Under the pieces are notes generated by a model that worked only from the letters and a program-made list of their open reading frames with translations, did no database searches and was not told where the DNA came from. Shown piece after piece: positions 38,325 through 51,787 of a DNA stretch of 64,000 nucleotides (the stretch's first letter is position 1; each line of letters opens with the position of its first letter). Made by a program: the position numbers and the translations under genes. The stretch is from Mustelus asterias (Eukaryota): positions 73,904,001-73,968,000 of the forward strand of contig NC_135801.1 of NCBI RefSeq assembly GCF_964213995.1, given 5' to 3'.

Positions 38325-38634
38325 GAATCATAAAATCCTGACAGTGCAGAAGGAAGCCATTCGGTCCATCAGGTCTGCACTCACCTCAATCCCAGCCAGG
38401 CCCTGTTCCTGTAACCCCAGATATTTACCCTGCTAATCCCCCGACACTAGGGTAAATTTAGCATGGCCGCACATCTTTGGACGGTGGGAGGAAACCGGAA
38501 CACCTGGAGGAAACCCACACAGACATGGGGAGAACGGGTAAACTCCACACAGACAGTGACCTGAGGTCGGAATTGAACCCGGGTCCCTGGCGCTGTGAGA
38601 CAGCAGTGCTAACCACTGTGCCACCATGCCACCC
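38325..38634 (-). mobile_element. HE1-like V-SINE
   Basis: Head, V-domain and tail present. Confidence 0.88.
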
Positions 38635-40514
38635 CAACTTCTAATGATTTTCCCAGTATCGTTTCATTGGTGATTGTGGGGTTTTTTTCTCATTCCTCTC
38701 TACCTTTTACCTCTTGATTTTCAAGTGTTCTTGGCTTAGGTTGTGTTTGCCTTCATGGAAGACTTATAAAGTAAGAGAAAGAATCATCATTCCTGGCAAT
38801 CACTCAACTGACAACAAGCGGCTTTTTTTTAAAAATGGAGCACATGAACAGAACAGTTGCAGTTTGAGCTTTTACTCACTACTTTTATATTCATGATTAA
38901 AGACAGCTTTCTTCACCAGATCAATCTGCTTGAATTTGTTTTACATAAAACTCATTGCTGGTGTAAAGCAAGCTGCCAATTTACCATCTCTTGATTAATG
39001 CTACTGCATAAGACCCATTTCACCCCAAACAAGTCTTCCCAAAGCTGTAGCTCGGTTTGTGACTTACTTGGCTTATACGCTCTATATTTAAGAATGAATC
39101 CGTTACTGCACTGTATATTTCACTGGAAGTCATGTGGAATGTCCACCAAGTTATCTCTCTTCCAAAAGGCAAACACATTGTGCTGACAGGCCATTGTGTG
39201 TGAACTGTTATTTATTACAGATTACTTAATATACAGAAGCCATATTACCCAATATATTGAATCTGTATAATCTTTAAAATTATGCTAAAATTCCACAGGA
39301 TTTCTCAGGTTTTCTGATATAACTCTGGCAGAGGAATCCCCAGGAAAACTGCATTTCTTAAGGGTTCCATTGGCCACTTGCTGTTATCTTCCAAGACTGG
39401 GGTGATCTCCATGGAATTTCATGGCCAATTATGTTAGAGTCAGTATTTAATGGATTAAAATAGCCTTTTGAAATATATTTTATAAGTTTGACCAGCAGCT
39501 AGATTAGTGTATTGGTAGGCCTTCCTAACATGCTATATAGGGAAATGCCAAATCGAAGTTTGTCCATGAAAGTCGATCCTATCTGCTGGCAGATATGGAT
39601 GAGTGGAAGGGTGAATGATTGAATCATAAACCCACTATGCACTCTATGAGGCACAATGCATTTTGAAGGCCAGGTCTTATTATCATATGATTGGCATGCT
39701 GTACAAGCTGCAACTATAGAGTGAGTAGGCAATTAATAGCTCCGCTGCAGAACAAAGTCAAAATAATGGACTTGAGGTGAGGCAACCACAGGATATGGAG
39801 GGAGGGAATTGCTTGTACAGGCTGTCAGAAGATCAGATTTTTGTGACGTAAAGAACAGCATTTATGGTTGGACTGCTCTTTGCCTAATATCATTGGGCAG
39901 AGCCTGGATACACTCTTTGATCGATGATACCTCAAATTTGGGTGTGTAATATGTGCATCATTGGAGCCTGGTCAGCATATTGAAAGTAGGCTCCCAGCTG
40001 AAATAGATGAGGACTGTAGCTGGCCACGTGAAGGCCACATCAAAGACGTCAAGATTGAGATGAGGGTGATAAATAGTGCACTGCCATTTTCAGCCTGCTG
40101 CGGCTTATTGCCATTTTATGGAAACCATAAGTATTCAAGTAGGATCTTCTAACAGGACTAAAGACCATGAGAAAATTCACAGTATGTATTGAGGTGACGG
40201 TTTACAATTTAACATTGTCAGGGCAGAGCTTCACATGACAGGAGCCCAAGTTTTGAATGTGAACATGAAAATAAATCTCACAGGCTACAAGTTGGGCACA
40301 GTGATGCTGTTTCCTCAAATTCCCATCATGCAGAACTCTGTTCTGGGAATGGCAAATTGTAAATGTTACTCTTCCAATCCAGAGGCTGCCATGATTTAAA
40401 ATGCAATAAGAGGAGCTATTATCAATAGTTAGCTGGTCACAAATCATTCATAATGAGGATTTCAGAGAAACAGATGTCTAGCCAGCTGTTTCTGTTGATA
40501 AAATTGCCAGTTTC

Positions 40515-40809
40515 CGGGTTGAATTCCTACCTTGGGTGACTGTCTCTGTGGAGTTTGAACATTGTCTCCCTCTCCGCGTGGGTTTCTACTGGATGCTCCG
40601 GTTTCCTCCCAGATATGTGCAGGTTAGGTGGATTGTCCATGCTAAATTATCCCTTAGTGTCTCAAGATGTGTAGGTTAGGTCGATTATCCATGGTAAGAA
40701 CACAGGGTTATGGGCGGGATGGGGGAGGTAACTGTGCCTGGGTAAGATGCTGAGTTGTTGCAGATTTGATTGGATGAATGGCCTTCTTCTGCACTGTAGG
40801 GATTCTATG
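40515..40809 (+). mobile_element. HE1-like V-SINE, 5'-truncated and diverged
   Basis: B-box remnant, V-domain and CR1-type tail. Confidence 0.8.
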
Positions 40810-41866
40810 GTAGATCACCTCATTGTGAATGCTTGGCTGACCTTCAAAATTCTCAGCAAGGGGTCTGTTTACACAGGTTGAATACAGAGTAGGTAATGGC
40901 AAACCTTCACTGAAGAAACTGCCACAGAAACAGAAGATGTCAAAGAATTGCCACTATTATTACGTGATTTATTGGTTCTGTGCATTGTGCATACTGGGCG
41001 AGAATGTATGAAAGATGCAGGGGACATGGAAGGAGCATGGGGGTAATGGAAGACATATGGAAGGAGCATGGAAGAGGCATGGGGTGCGTTGTTTACGGCT
41101 TTGGGTTGGCAGAGGTGTGAGGACTAGAAGGCCTGGTGGTCTTCACTGTAACTGGGGCAAAATCCCAAAGAACTGAGGAGGCCTTCTTACCAGCTCACTT
41201 CAGCACTCCCACACCTCTCTGGCTGCCTCTTGGTATGGCTCCACAGGCAGTGAGTCCACCACAAATATATGGCTGATAGGAACCCTTATCAAGAAGACAG
41301 GTCTCCAAGTGGGGAATCAAACTTCCCACCTCATCCACGAAAATCTGACCTTGATCCACTAAACTCTCATTATCCCTGTATCTCTCACTTTCTACATGAG
41401 ACTCTGTGTCCCTGTACCTCTCACTGTTCTCCACCAGACTCTTAGCACCAGACTCTCAGTTCCCTATATCTCTCCAGCAGCCCCTCAGTGCATCTGTAGC
41501 TCTGTTTTCATGAAATCCATTTATCTTTGAGTCCATGGGTGCTAAATTTACAATCTGTGGAATTGTCACATTTAGGATACAGGGTGTTCCGATGCTTATT
41601 GAATTGGTCTCTGCCTATAACAAGGGTGAACTCTCTGGGAGTATTTTGATAGGTCTCCAGATCAGTTCGAGTGTCAGTGAATAACTCTTCTTAAGACAGT
41701 GAGTTTTGGAGAGTCTGCCAGCCAGATGTGTACCAGATCCAGGTACAGGCAGGTCCCACTTAAGTTAAAAGAAGGAAGCAAGGAAATAAGCTCTAAATTA
41801 AAGAAGGAGCTGCAGTTAGTAGACTGACTGTTTACTGTGTATTGCTGGGGCACAGGTGCCCCTTTG

Positions 41867-42169
41867 GAATCATAGAATCCCTACAGTGCAGAAGGAAGCC
41901 ATTCAACCCATCAACCACAATCCTACCCAGGCCCTATTCCCGTAATCTTTCATTTACCCTGCTGATGCCACTGACACTTGGGTTAATATAGCATGGCCAA
42001 TCAACCTAACCCGCACATCTTTGGACTATGGGAGGAAACCGGAGCACCCGGAGGAAACCTATGGGAAGAATGTGCAAACTGCACACAGACAGTGACCGAG
42101 GCCGGAATTGAACCCAGGTCCCTGGCACTGTGAGGCAGCGGTGCTAACCACTGTGCCACAGTGCCGCCC
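41867..42169 (-). mobile_element. HE1-like V-SINE
   Basis: Head, V-domain and tail present. Confidence 0.88.
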
Positions 42170-42426
42170 ACGACGGTGGTGGTATTCTGCTTGACACGGC
42201 CATGGATCTGAAAATGTGATTGTGAGCTAGAGTTTGAGTATACTCAGGAATCCAGGGAGACAGAATCGCAGAAGGTGAGATTCAAACACTGTGAGCTGGC
42301 CCATTGGTAAAGCCCCAAGTGTGAGCAACTTTTTGAGAGAATTACAAGGTCTAATCTTTGAAATTGAGGCTGGGAATTCCTTGTCAGATAGAGGGAGCTA
42401 TTCTCCAGCCCTGTTAGCCCCAAGTA

Positions 42427-43027
42427 CAAATCCTGCTGGGCTGGTGAATTTGGCTGGAGGATTGAAACGGGATTTGTGCCGGAATTTAAACAATTTCCGA
42501 TGCTTCTGGCTCATCCCGGCTGGTGTAATCAGGATCTCGCCCAGAAAGCTCATTTGCATTGATTTTAATCTGATTAGCGAGATTAAAGTTGAATTCAGCG
42601 GCCTCCCAGTGTGCTCCCATGCTTCTCCCTCCCTCCCAGGAGTAAATCATCTGGCCAATTACAACAGGTCTCTATAAGCGGGGAACAGGTGCCATGGACT
42701 CTGAGTGAGAGCAAGGTCAGCATTCACCTCCAGAGCGCCCATGGTCAAAGCATCCATTTCCAGAGGGCGAGGCCTTTGGTGACCCCATATCAGAGTGTCG
42801 CTTACACTTGGGTGGACACTGCTACCGACAATTAGGGGGGCTTGAGGCCGGCGAGGAGCCACCCTTGCTGATGTTTTAGGTACTGTACATGTCATTTATG
42901 GTGTGAATCATCCCGAGCTCAAAAAAAGTCTAAGTTTGAGTAGATTGCAGTCGGGATCACACCAACCCACCCAATGGAAATCGAACCGCATTTCCCACAC
43001 CTCAAAGTTTTTTGGGAGAATTGCGCC
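42427..43027. mobile_element. Probable non-autonomous DNA transposon(s), Harbinger-like
   Basis: Imperfect TIR-like ends ggtgtgaatcatccc (about 42901) and gggagaattgcgcc (about 43027); TSD unclear. Confidence 0.4.
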
Positions 43028-44854
43028 GAGAGTCTCGATGGGATTATTTGACTTGGTGTTTGTGACATTTGGGAGAGTTCTTAATAAATCCATGAACTCA
43101 GTTTTGGTTGCATCTGTCATTTACTCTGTAGTGTAACGTGTTCAACCACAATTTGTTTATTAATTCGCATGTGCCTCATACTCACCTGAATGTTTAAATA
43201 TAAGATACATATTGAAAAATATTTGAACATTCTGAACTTGTAGTAAATTTTGCTTTTGTTTGTTCAAAACCTGTGGAATCTTGTGGCTTTGTTCCAAAAA
43301 TGTGTCTTGAACCTCAGCCATTATCCACTTGAAACAAAACATTATTGGTTCCCAACTGGACTCCCCCTCCCCCCTCCCATATCCCTGGGTCTGAACAAGG
43401 GTCGTAATATTGTTCAACACCAGACTCTCAGTACTCCTGTACTCACACTGTTCACCACCAGACACTCGGTGCCCCTCACATATCTCTCACTGTTCCCCAC
43501 AATACTCTATGCCACTGTATCTCTCACTATTCTCTGTAAAACTGGAACAGCCATTAAAATCGACATTAACAATATAAAAGTATTTACTGCAATCATCTAA
43601 TATCAACGATAAATTCCAAGGAGTGCGTTTATTTGGACTGAGCCTATTTTTGTGGCGATACCAATTTGATTTTTGCCTGTACTTTGATCTGCTATTTTGC
43701 AATGTCATGAGAACCATTGTTTGGCCACGTGGAACAATAATAATCAAGCAAGCTTTATGATGAGATAAAATAGACTTTTATAAGTTTAAACAACGTGGAT
43801 AAGCTGTAGCTTGTCCAGAATATTTATCATTTGAACCCTCTGGCTGTTAAATTTCATCATTGCTTTTCAGAGTGTGCAATTTCTTTATCTATTCATGTAG
43901 GATGATTGCATATGCATTTCTGGCACAGATTATTACAAAACAAGTCCCTAAAAATGTACAGAGCACAGGGCACTGCCCCAATCACATTCTCCTTTAGATA
44001 TGTGAAAAAGGACATCAGTTTACTGTGTTTAATAACCTTTCTCCATCTCAGAGTGAAAATCTGGGATTGGCCAATCTCTTTAAAATTCGGAAAGGTTTCG
44101 ATAGAGTGGTTGCAGAAAGAATGTTTGCTCTTGCAGGGCGGAGCATTACTAGAGGCCATCAATATAAGATAGTCACCTCAAAGTCCAATAGGGAATTTGG
44201 ACAAAATTTCTTCACTCAGTTATAATATAAAACTCATTACCACAGATTGTGGTTTAAGCAAATTGTATATATGCGCTGAGAAGACAATTGGACAGGGGAA
44301 GGGAATAGATGGTTAGGATTATGAAAGAGTCGATGATGCAGGTCACTCGCCATCTTCCTGACCTCTTCTCTCAGGTTAAAAGAAATGGGTAATAACAAAA
44401 TGATTCGCAAAGAGAAAGAATTTGGAAAGATAAAGGGCATTTTAAGAGTCTTCCGTTTTAAATTTCTGTGCAATCCCAAAGCAAAGACATATTGGCCTGG
44501 AACTTATGCTCCCCATCAATCGGTTTGAAGGTGGGGTGACGGGGAGGTCATGAATGATGTAAGATGGCCTTTGCGCCATCTATCTGCCTGTCTGAATATT
44601 TCAGGGGGTGGAGGAGGTAACAGGTGGCCTTCCCACCCTTGGACCTAATAGCCACTTATGGGCCTCATCCCATCTCTATTGGTATTTTACCTGGAGTGCG
44701 GGGAGGCCCACATCATGTGGGAATCATAACAGCTTTAGGGAAGTGTTGGACCAACTTTGGGGGCTATCTGTACCAATCGGAGGAACTCTTCTAAAAGTCT
44801 TCCTCGCCTGATTAAATCTTACTCACCCCCTCCTCCCCAGTACTCTTGAACTAT

Positions 44855-45105
44855 GGACGGCATGGTGGCACAGTGGTTAGCACTGCTGCCTCACAGCACC
44901 AGGACCCGGTTTCAATTCCGGCCTTGGGTGACTGTCTGTGTTGAGTTTGCAGGGTTACGCTGATTGGCCATGCTAAATTGCCCCTTAGGAGTATTAGCAG
45001 GGTAAATTTATGGATTTACGGGGATAGGGCCTGGGTGCTGGCTCGATGCTGGGTCAATGGGTCAAATGGTCTCCTTCTGCACTGTGGGGTTCTATGATTC
45101 TATGA
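44855..45105 (+). mobile_element. HE1-like V-SINE with internal deletion of the V-domain core
   Basis: The head joins directly to gggttacgctgattggcc; the gggtttcctccggg core is missing. Confidence 0.82.
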
Positions 45106-45769
45106 ACTCGCCTTCTACCCCACCCTGAGAAGCTGTGTTAGCATGCAGAATTTCAGAAATCCGGTATTTCTGCTTGCAGCCACAAAACATCATTTTGGGT
45201 TACTAAGTAAAGACCAATGCAATACGTTTAATCATTTCCTACCTTGTTTTCTCATGACAAGTGGAATCATTTGAATATGGAAACAGTATCATAAGATGGA
45301 GTAAGAATTGTACAGTTATTTCCTCTTTAGATTAAAAACTTTATCAATAGCAAAAAATTGACCTCTATTAAGACCTTTGACTATGAGGAAAGTGATTATC
45401 TATGTTGGAAAAGTAGCAAACGTGGCTGTTCATCACCTATATTTGCCCTCCAACTGAATTGGCTGGAGGCGGAGCTGGAGGCTGCGGCAGCTAAAAATTT
45501 ACAATAGAATAAACATGGCACTGTCTCAACGACTGGAGTAACAAGGTGGTTCTACAGCCAGCTCCTTCAGGGCTTGGCAAGCCATGCATGCTGCCACTAA
45601 TAGAGCAGAGAATAAGCTGTATTGTCTGACTGCACTTGTAAACCAGAGTTAATTGTCTGGCTGCATTTGTAAACCATTGACGGAACTCACTATCATTGTG
45701 TAAGATTTGTTTCTACAGTGAAGCCTAAGGTCATCATTAATCTTCATCATTCATATTTTTCACCTTCAA

Positions 45770-46370
45770 TCGGGTTCTATGGATTTTCCTAAAACGTTCA
45801 ATAAGGTACCACACAAGAAGCATATTGTAAAGACAGTGGTTCATGGAATTAAAGGTAACATTTTCACGGAGATAGGCAGGTGGCTGGAAGACAAAATAAA
45901 GCGTATTTCAGACTAAAAAGTTGTGGAGAGTGTGGTTCCTCAGGAATAGTGCTGTTCCCATTACTATATACATGAATAAGCTGGACTAAAATAATATTGA
46001 AACTTATTGATTTCACATTGGATGGGTATAATGAATTGTGATGGAGATTGTGAAAGACTGCAGGAGGACTTAATTCAGCTCAAAACGTGGGCAGGTAGAT
46101 GGGAAATGCAGTTCAGCAACATAAAATATATCAGAAAAATTCTTCACACCAGACGGTGATTAGAATATGGACAATGCGCTGTTTTGAAGCAGAACTCATT
46201 AATTATATTTAAAAGGGCATAGAGTGTTGCTTGTAAAGAATATAAAGAGTATGGGGAACAAATGGAACTGTGGTCTTGCACTAGATTGGCAATGCAGAAA
46301 GAAACATTAGTGTAAGCTTGACAAGTTGAATAATGGCCTATTTCTGTGCTGTCACATTCTAAGGTCTTAT
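45770..46370 (+). mobile_element. Very old CR1 fragment
   Basis: YMDF.K.FNKVPHK-like sequence followed by a degenerate UTR. Confidence 0.6.
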
Positions 46371-46376
46371 CCCATT

Positions 46377-46685
46377 GAATCCTTACCGTTCAGAAGGAGA
46401 CCATTTGGCCCATTGAGTCTGCACCAACAACAATCCCACCCAGGCCCTATCCCCATATATTTACCCTGCTAATCCCCTGACACTAGGGTCAATTTAACAT
46501 GGCCAATCCCCCTAACCCGCACATCTTTGGACTGTGGGAGGAAACTGGAGCACCTGGAGGAAACCCATGCAGACACGGGGAGAATGTGCAAACTGTACAT
46601 AGACAGTGACCCAAGGCCGGAATCGAACCTGGGTCTCTGGCACTGTGAGGCAGCAGTGCTAACCACTGTGCCACCATGTCACCCT
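46377..46685 (-). mobile_element. HE1-like V-SINE
   Basis: Head, V-domain and tail present. Confidence 0.88.
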
Positions 46686-46850
46686 GTTGTAAGAAATTGT
46701 GCAAAAAGAAAAGAGACTTGAAAACTTTGATTACCAGAGCTGAGCTTGCCTTATACTTGATTATGAAGGACTAGGATAAAATAAATAGTGAGAGATATTG
46801 ACCACTAATCAGTGAGTTGATGTTCAGCTCCCATTTTAACCCTGTCTCCC

Positions 46851-47158
46851 TGATGCACGATTAAATCACTCGAGAGGCTGGATCGTACCCGGGAAATAAA
46901 GGCTTTTATTAGTAACAAGAATGGAGCATACTGTACAACAATACAATCCCAGACTAAAGGGTCACCCGGCAGTGCAGTGACCTTTATACTCCTACAGGTA
47001 GGCGGAGCCAACCGGAGTGTACCACAGAACAATACCAACAGGTAGAACACCCCAACCCTAACCCCAACAGTGACAACAGTAACATATGTACAAGTACCCA
47101 TAGTGCTGACCATCTATGGTTCAGTACCCATAGTGGTAACCATCTACGGTTCACCACA
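46851..47158 (-). mobile_element. Solo LTR, 308 bp (probably Gypsy-type)
   Basis: On the minus strand TGTGGTGAACC...GTGCATCA, with TATAAA preceding AATAAA; 5-bp TSD CTCCC (46846-46850 and 47159-47163); internal 30-bp tandem duplication. Confidence 0.85.
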
Positions 47159-48659
47159 CTCCCCAAAACAGGAAATTGGTTAAAATAGCAGTGCAATCCC
47201 GATGCAGCCCCACTTATCACCATTTTAACTAAGTACCTAGAAGAAGGGCTGTGGCAGCTGCCACGCACAGGCAGTGATCATATCAATATGTTAAATTCAG
47301 AATATAATTCGGACCTCAACAATATTTTAACTAAACGTTGCAGCAATGGCGCGCAGGACAGACCCACTCGTAAAATTGGGTAGTTGTCAGAAAAGGGGCA
47401 ATAAAATTAAGTGATTTCAAAACATTTGTGTTTCTTTTTTTGGTCAGGAATGCATATCTAAGCCTCTCAAAGAAACCATGGGCCTCCATTGCCATGGGAG
47501 TAACCCCTCCCTCCCCCCACCTTGACCAAATATCACCCAGGAGGAAATATCCTCCCAAAAACAACACCCGCCAGCTACATACCTGACTACCAGTAGGTTC
47601 CTAGTGCCTAAAATCACACTCCTGCTCACCAGCCAACTTGTACTTCCCATCAGATTCACTCAGATGAGGTCCTGGGTTCAAATCTTCCGGGGCGCACCAT
47701 TTGTAAGTATGGACAACTTGCCATCCGGTCTGGTCCATCCCCAAACAACTCCTAGCAAGAGTTCATCTTTAAAAAATATTCTTTCACAGGACTCGGGTGT
47801 CACTGGCTGGACCAGCATTTATTGCCCATTCCTAATTGCCCTGGGGAAGGTGATCTCCCTTAAACTGCTGCAGTCCATCTGGTGCCTTCTCAGCTGAGAA
47901 TATGCAAATTTTAAATAATACCAAAAATAATTAAGAGGGAGTTTAGCAAAAATGTCTTTATGCAGTAGGTGGTTAGAATGAGGACTTCTCAGTTGCAAAT
48001 CTTTGCTGAAGAAATGCCCATAAATTTCTTAACAGGGAGTTATGGACATTTGCTTGAAAAAGAGTAACTTAGAAGGATATGGGGAATGAACATGAACCTA
48101 GGATTACACCAAGTTGCTCAGGTGGAGAATACACCAGTTCAGACTTGACTAGCCATATGGCTCATTTCTGTTCTGTGACATTCCATGAAATATGAACATT
48201 ACACTGCCTTCAAGGAATTATTGCTCAAAGGTAAAAAAAATCTGTCACACACAAGTGTGCTGAACTGTGTAGCATCTGCAAAGGGCAGGGACCTGAAGAT
48301 TCTTGATGGAAAACAGAAAGAGGCCTGCTTTTCCCCAGAATCAATAATCTACTGGTAAAATTGTAGGAATGGAAATCATTGTATATTAAAAGTGTTTGCA
48401 GAATTTTGTTACTGTGTTAATAGTTAAGGAAAAAGACAGGAATTCTGCACATTGTTGTTCTTAAAACAGAAGGGTTAATTTTAGATCTTGATGTCTGGAT
48501 ATGTTGCCACCCCATTCACTTAACTTTCTTATTGTGCATTACATGTTAATTTAATCCCATTTTCTTGCACAGACTGTCTCAGGAATATCTTTTGCAGTAT
48601 GATTCTGCCTCAAATGAATAGACTAAATTGTACTGTAAATTTGTTGGAATTAGGTAGAA

Positions 48660-48905
48660 AGGAGTTTGCACATTCTTTCCGTGTCTGCGTGGGTTTCCTC
48701 CAGGGTGCTCCGGTTTCCTCCCATAGTCCAAAGATGTGCGGGTTAGGCGGATTGGCCAAGCTAAATTGCCCCTTAGTGTCAGGAGGACTAGCTAGGGTAA
48801 ATGCATGGGGTTATGGGGATAGGGCCTGGGTGGGATTGTGGTCGGTGCAGTTCCGAAGGGCTGAATGGCCTCCTTCTGCACTGTAGGATTCTATGATTCT
48901 ATGAT
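48660..48905 (+). mobile_element. HE1-like V-SINE, 5'-truncated
   Basis: V-domain and tail present, head absent. Confidence 0.87.
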
Positions 48906-49189
48906 CATCACTGAGCATAGCTGCAATATTTTACATGTCCCTCAGAGATGACGTTCAAAATCAGTTTACATCTGAGCAATCTAATATTTGTCTTAGTTTA
49001 ATTTTCATGTGTTGTTTTCTTTATTATTAACTCCTATTCTTAGTTTGTCCTTTTTTTTGCCAGGAATGCAAATTAGCATTTTTCTTTCTACACTTCTCTG
49101 TTTCATACATTTTAGTTCCTTTTCCTTTGGTGTTTTTTTTCTGATGTTTGAGCCCATTTGATTTCCAATATTATTTTTGATTTTTTGCC

Positions 49190-50150
49190 TGAGATTTGGG
49201 CAACATGGACAAGGCTGCATTTATTGCCCTTCTCCAAGGGCGGTGGTGGATTTTCTTCTTTAACTACTGCATCACTCCTGTGGTGATGGGGGAGACAAAC
49301 AGTATTAAGTTGGGAATGACATGATTTTGGCTCAATGACAATGAGTTAATGAGGATATATAGAAATCATAGAAATCATAGAAACCCTACAGTGCAGAAGG
49401 AGGCCATTCGGCCCATCGAGTCTGCACCGACCACAATCCCACCCAGGCCCTACCCCCACACATTTTACCCACTAATCCCTCTAACCTACACATCTCAGGA
49501 CACTAAGGGACAATTTTTAACCTGGCCAATCAACCTAACCCGCACATCTTTGGACTGTGGGAGGAAACCGGAGCACCCGGAGGAAACCCACGCAGACACG
49601 AGAAGAATGTGCAAACTCCACACAGATAGTGACCCGAGCTGGGAATCGAACCCGGGACCCTGGAGCTGTGAAGCAGCAGTGCTAACCACTGTGCTACGTT
49701 AGCATGGTGTATGACTTGGAAGTAAAGTTGGAGGTTTTTTCAGGATTTTACTGCTTTGGCCCTTCATGGTGGTAGAGATACTGCTAGGTGCTTTGAGGCA
49801 AGCTTGGTGCACCCTGTGGAAAGTACACATTAAAGCTGCAGTCAGGGAGGGAGCGAATACTGATTCCTGTGGTAGAAGCACTGGCCAAGCAAACTGCTCC
49901 ATCTGGATAATCCTGAGCCTCTGAGTATTCAGGTGAATGGTGCGTGTCCAATAGCAGTACCAACTTTTGCCTTGTAGATAGCGGTGAGGCTTTGAGGAAC
50001 GAAGAGGTAAGCCACCCATTGCAAAATACACTTCTCCGCTTCTCCATCAGTGTTAATGATACGACTCGGTCAGTTCAACGTCTGGTCAGTGATGACCACA
50101 GGATGTTGATGGTGAGAGATTAACAATGGTGATGCAATTAAAGATAAGAA
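49190..50150 (-). mobile_element. Old CR1/L2-group LINE 3' end interrupted by a SINE
   Basis: Diverged reverse complement of 36790-37575 (gcatttattgccc...ggtggtgg; ggtcagtgatgaccacaggatgttgatggtg). Confidence 0.6.
49359..49697 (-). mobile_element. HE1-like V-SINE, young subfamily
   Basis: Close to the reverse complement of 7722-8075, including diagnostic gcttcacagctcc and the ATAGAAATC-type tail. Confidence 0.9.
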
Positions 50151-50156
50151 GGCTCG

Positions 50157-50492
50157 TGGCATCACGGCGGCACAGTGGTTAGCACTGCTGCCTCACAGCG
50201 CCAGGGACCCAGGTTTGATTCCAGCCTTGGCTGACTGTGTGCAGAGTCTGCACGTTCTCCCCACGTCTGCGTGGGTTTCCTCCAGGTGCTCTAGTTTCTT
50301 CCCACAGTCCAAAGATGTGCGGGTTAGGTGGATTGGCCGAGCTAAATTGCCCTTTAGTGTTCCAAGATGTGTTTGTTAGGGTGACTAGCAGGGTAAATAC
50401 ATGGAATTATGGGCCTGGGTAAGATGCTCTGTTGGAGATTCATTGTGGAGTCGATGGGCAAAATGGCCTCCTTCCTCACTAGGGATTCTATG
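50157..50492 (+). mobile_element. HE1-like V-SINE
   Basis: Head, V-domain and tail present. Confidence 0.88.
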
Positions 50493-50547
50493 AACAAGAC
50501 CTTTTCTTGTTGAAATGGTTGTTTCCTGGCACCTACCAGAGCAAGGT

Positions 50548-50875
50548 GAGGAAATGGTGACACAGTGGTAATGTTAGTGGACTAGTAATCTGGAGACGCA
50601 GGCTAATACTCTGGGTACACAGGTTCAAATCCTACCATGTTGGAATTTAAAGTCAATTAATTAATAATTCTCAAATTGAAAGCTAGTCTCAATAAAGGTG
50701 ACTGTGAAACTGTAATCGATTGTCGTGACGGTCCATCTGGTTCACTAATGTCCTTTGGGGAAGGAAATCTGTCATTCTCACCTGACCTGGCCTACATGTG
50801 ACAGCAGATCCACACTAATGTGGTTGGCATTTAACTGCGCTCTGAAACGGCTTAGCAAACCACTCGGTTCAAGGG
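50548..50875 (+). mobile_element. Second tRNA-type SINE family
   Basis: A box tgacacagtgg, B box ggttcaaatcc and body ccatctggttcactaatgtcc. Confidence 0.78.
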
Positions 50876-51189
50876 TGATGCTTATATTCTATGAAATAAT
50901 TTTTTAAACGTCAGCTGGTATTTGCCAGCTCAAACCTGGATTTTGTCCAAGTCTGCTGCAGTTTGGAACGCGTTCCCTCATTATGAGAGAAGTTTTGCTA
51001 ATCACTGTAGAACGTCCAGCACACAGCTGAACACTTGACTTTGCGCTTTTTAAAATAATTTCAGCACTGTTTCTTATTCCCGTCTGTTCCAATTTTGTGT
51101 TGAATCCACTGAGCCCGGAATTTCTGGGACATACAGCTCAGAGTGTGAACAATGTTCACTGGGGAAGACAAGTTTGGAGGAGTTCCTGT

Positions 51190-51545
51190 AATAAAAGCAA
51201 AATACTGCAGATGCTGGAATTCTAAAATAACAACAGAAAATACTGGATAAACTCAGCATGTCTTTGATTTGATTCATTATTTTCACATGTATTTGTATGC
51301 ACTAAAAAGTATTGTTTATTGTGCGCTATACAGATGTAGCATACCATTCATAGAGAAGGAAAGGAAAGAGTGCAGAATGTAGTGTTACAGTCATAGCTAG
51401 TGTGGAGAGAAAGATCAACTTAGTGCAAGATAGGTCCATTCAAAAGTCTGATGGCAACAGGGAAGAAGCTGTTCTTCAGTCTGGCAGCATTTATGAAGAG
51501 AAACAGAGTTAACGTTTCGAGTCCAAACAGCTCTTCGACAGAGGG
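51190..51545 (-). mobile_element. Penelope-like terminal fragment interrupted by a Rex1 tail (about 51264-51478)
   Basis: aaatactgcagatgctggaa...ctggcagcat...gttaacgtttcgagtcc. The minus strand has degenerate CUGUCGA...GAAACGUUAAC. The insert is the reverse complement of 19470-19680. Confidence 0.7.
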
Positions 51546-51787
51546 GTTCCTAAATGACATCCTTACAAGATCTCTAGGGAATATGTCACCAGCCAAGTGC
51601 CGATGGGAGTTCTATTGAAGCCCTGGGGAAAGTTGCAGTAACTGGTTTGGCCGACGACTGACTTTATTAAAATATCTAACAGTTCCCATAGCAACCCTCA
51701 GATAAGTAGAAAAGGTAAATACTGCAGATGCTGGAAATCTGAAACAAAAAACAGAAAATGTTCAATTGGTCAGGCAACCTCAGAAAG

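Larger units (their letters stand above)
35812..38770 (-). mobile_element. CR1 LINE, interrupted by a MITE (about 36095-36304), a LINE (36790-37575) and a SINE (38325-38634)
   Basis: Reverse complement of CR1 UTR and ORF2: gtaaggagaccaaaagtgtacacagtattccagatgtggtct ([14 protein letters not shown]) and ccaccaatccctgtggcactccact (SGVPQG). Confidence 0.82.

Noticed and set aside
45621-45676. 25-bp direct repeat with 31-bp period
   Set aside because: Only two units; a simple local duplication, not an array.
47094-47153. 30-bp direct repeat resembling a CRISPR unit
   Set aside because: Two adjacent copies with no spacer, inside a solo LTR, in eukaryotic DNA with no cas genes.
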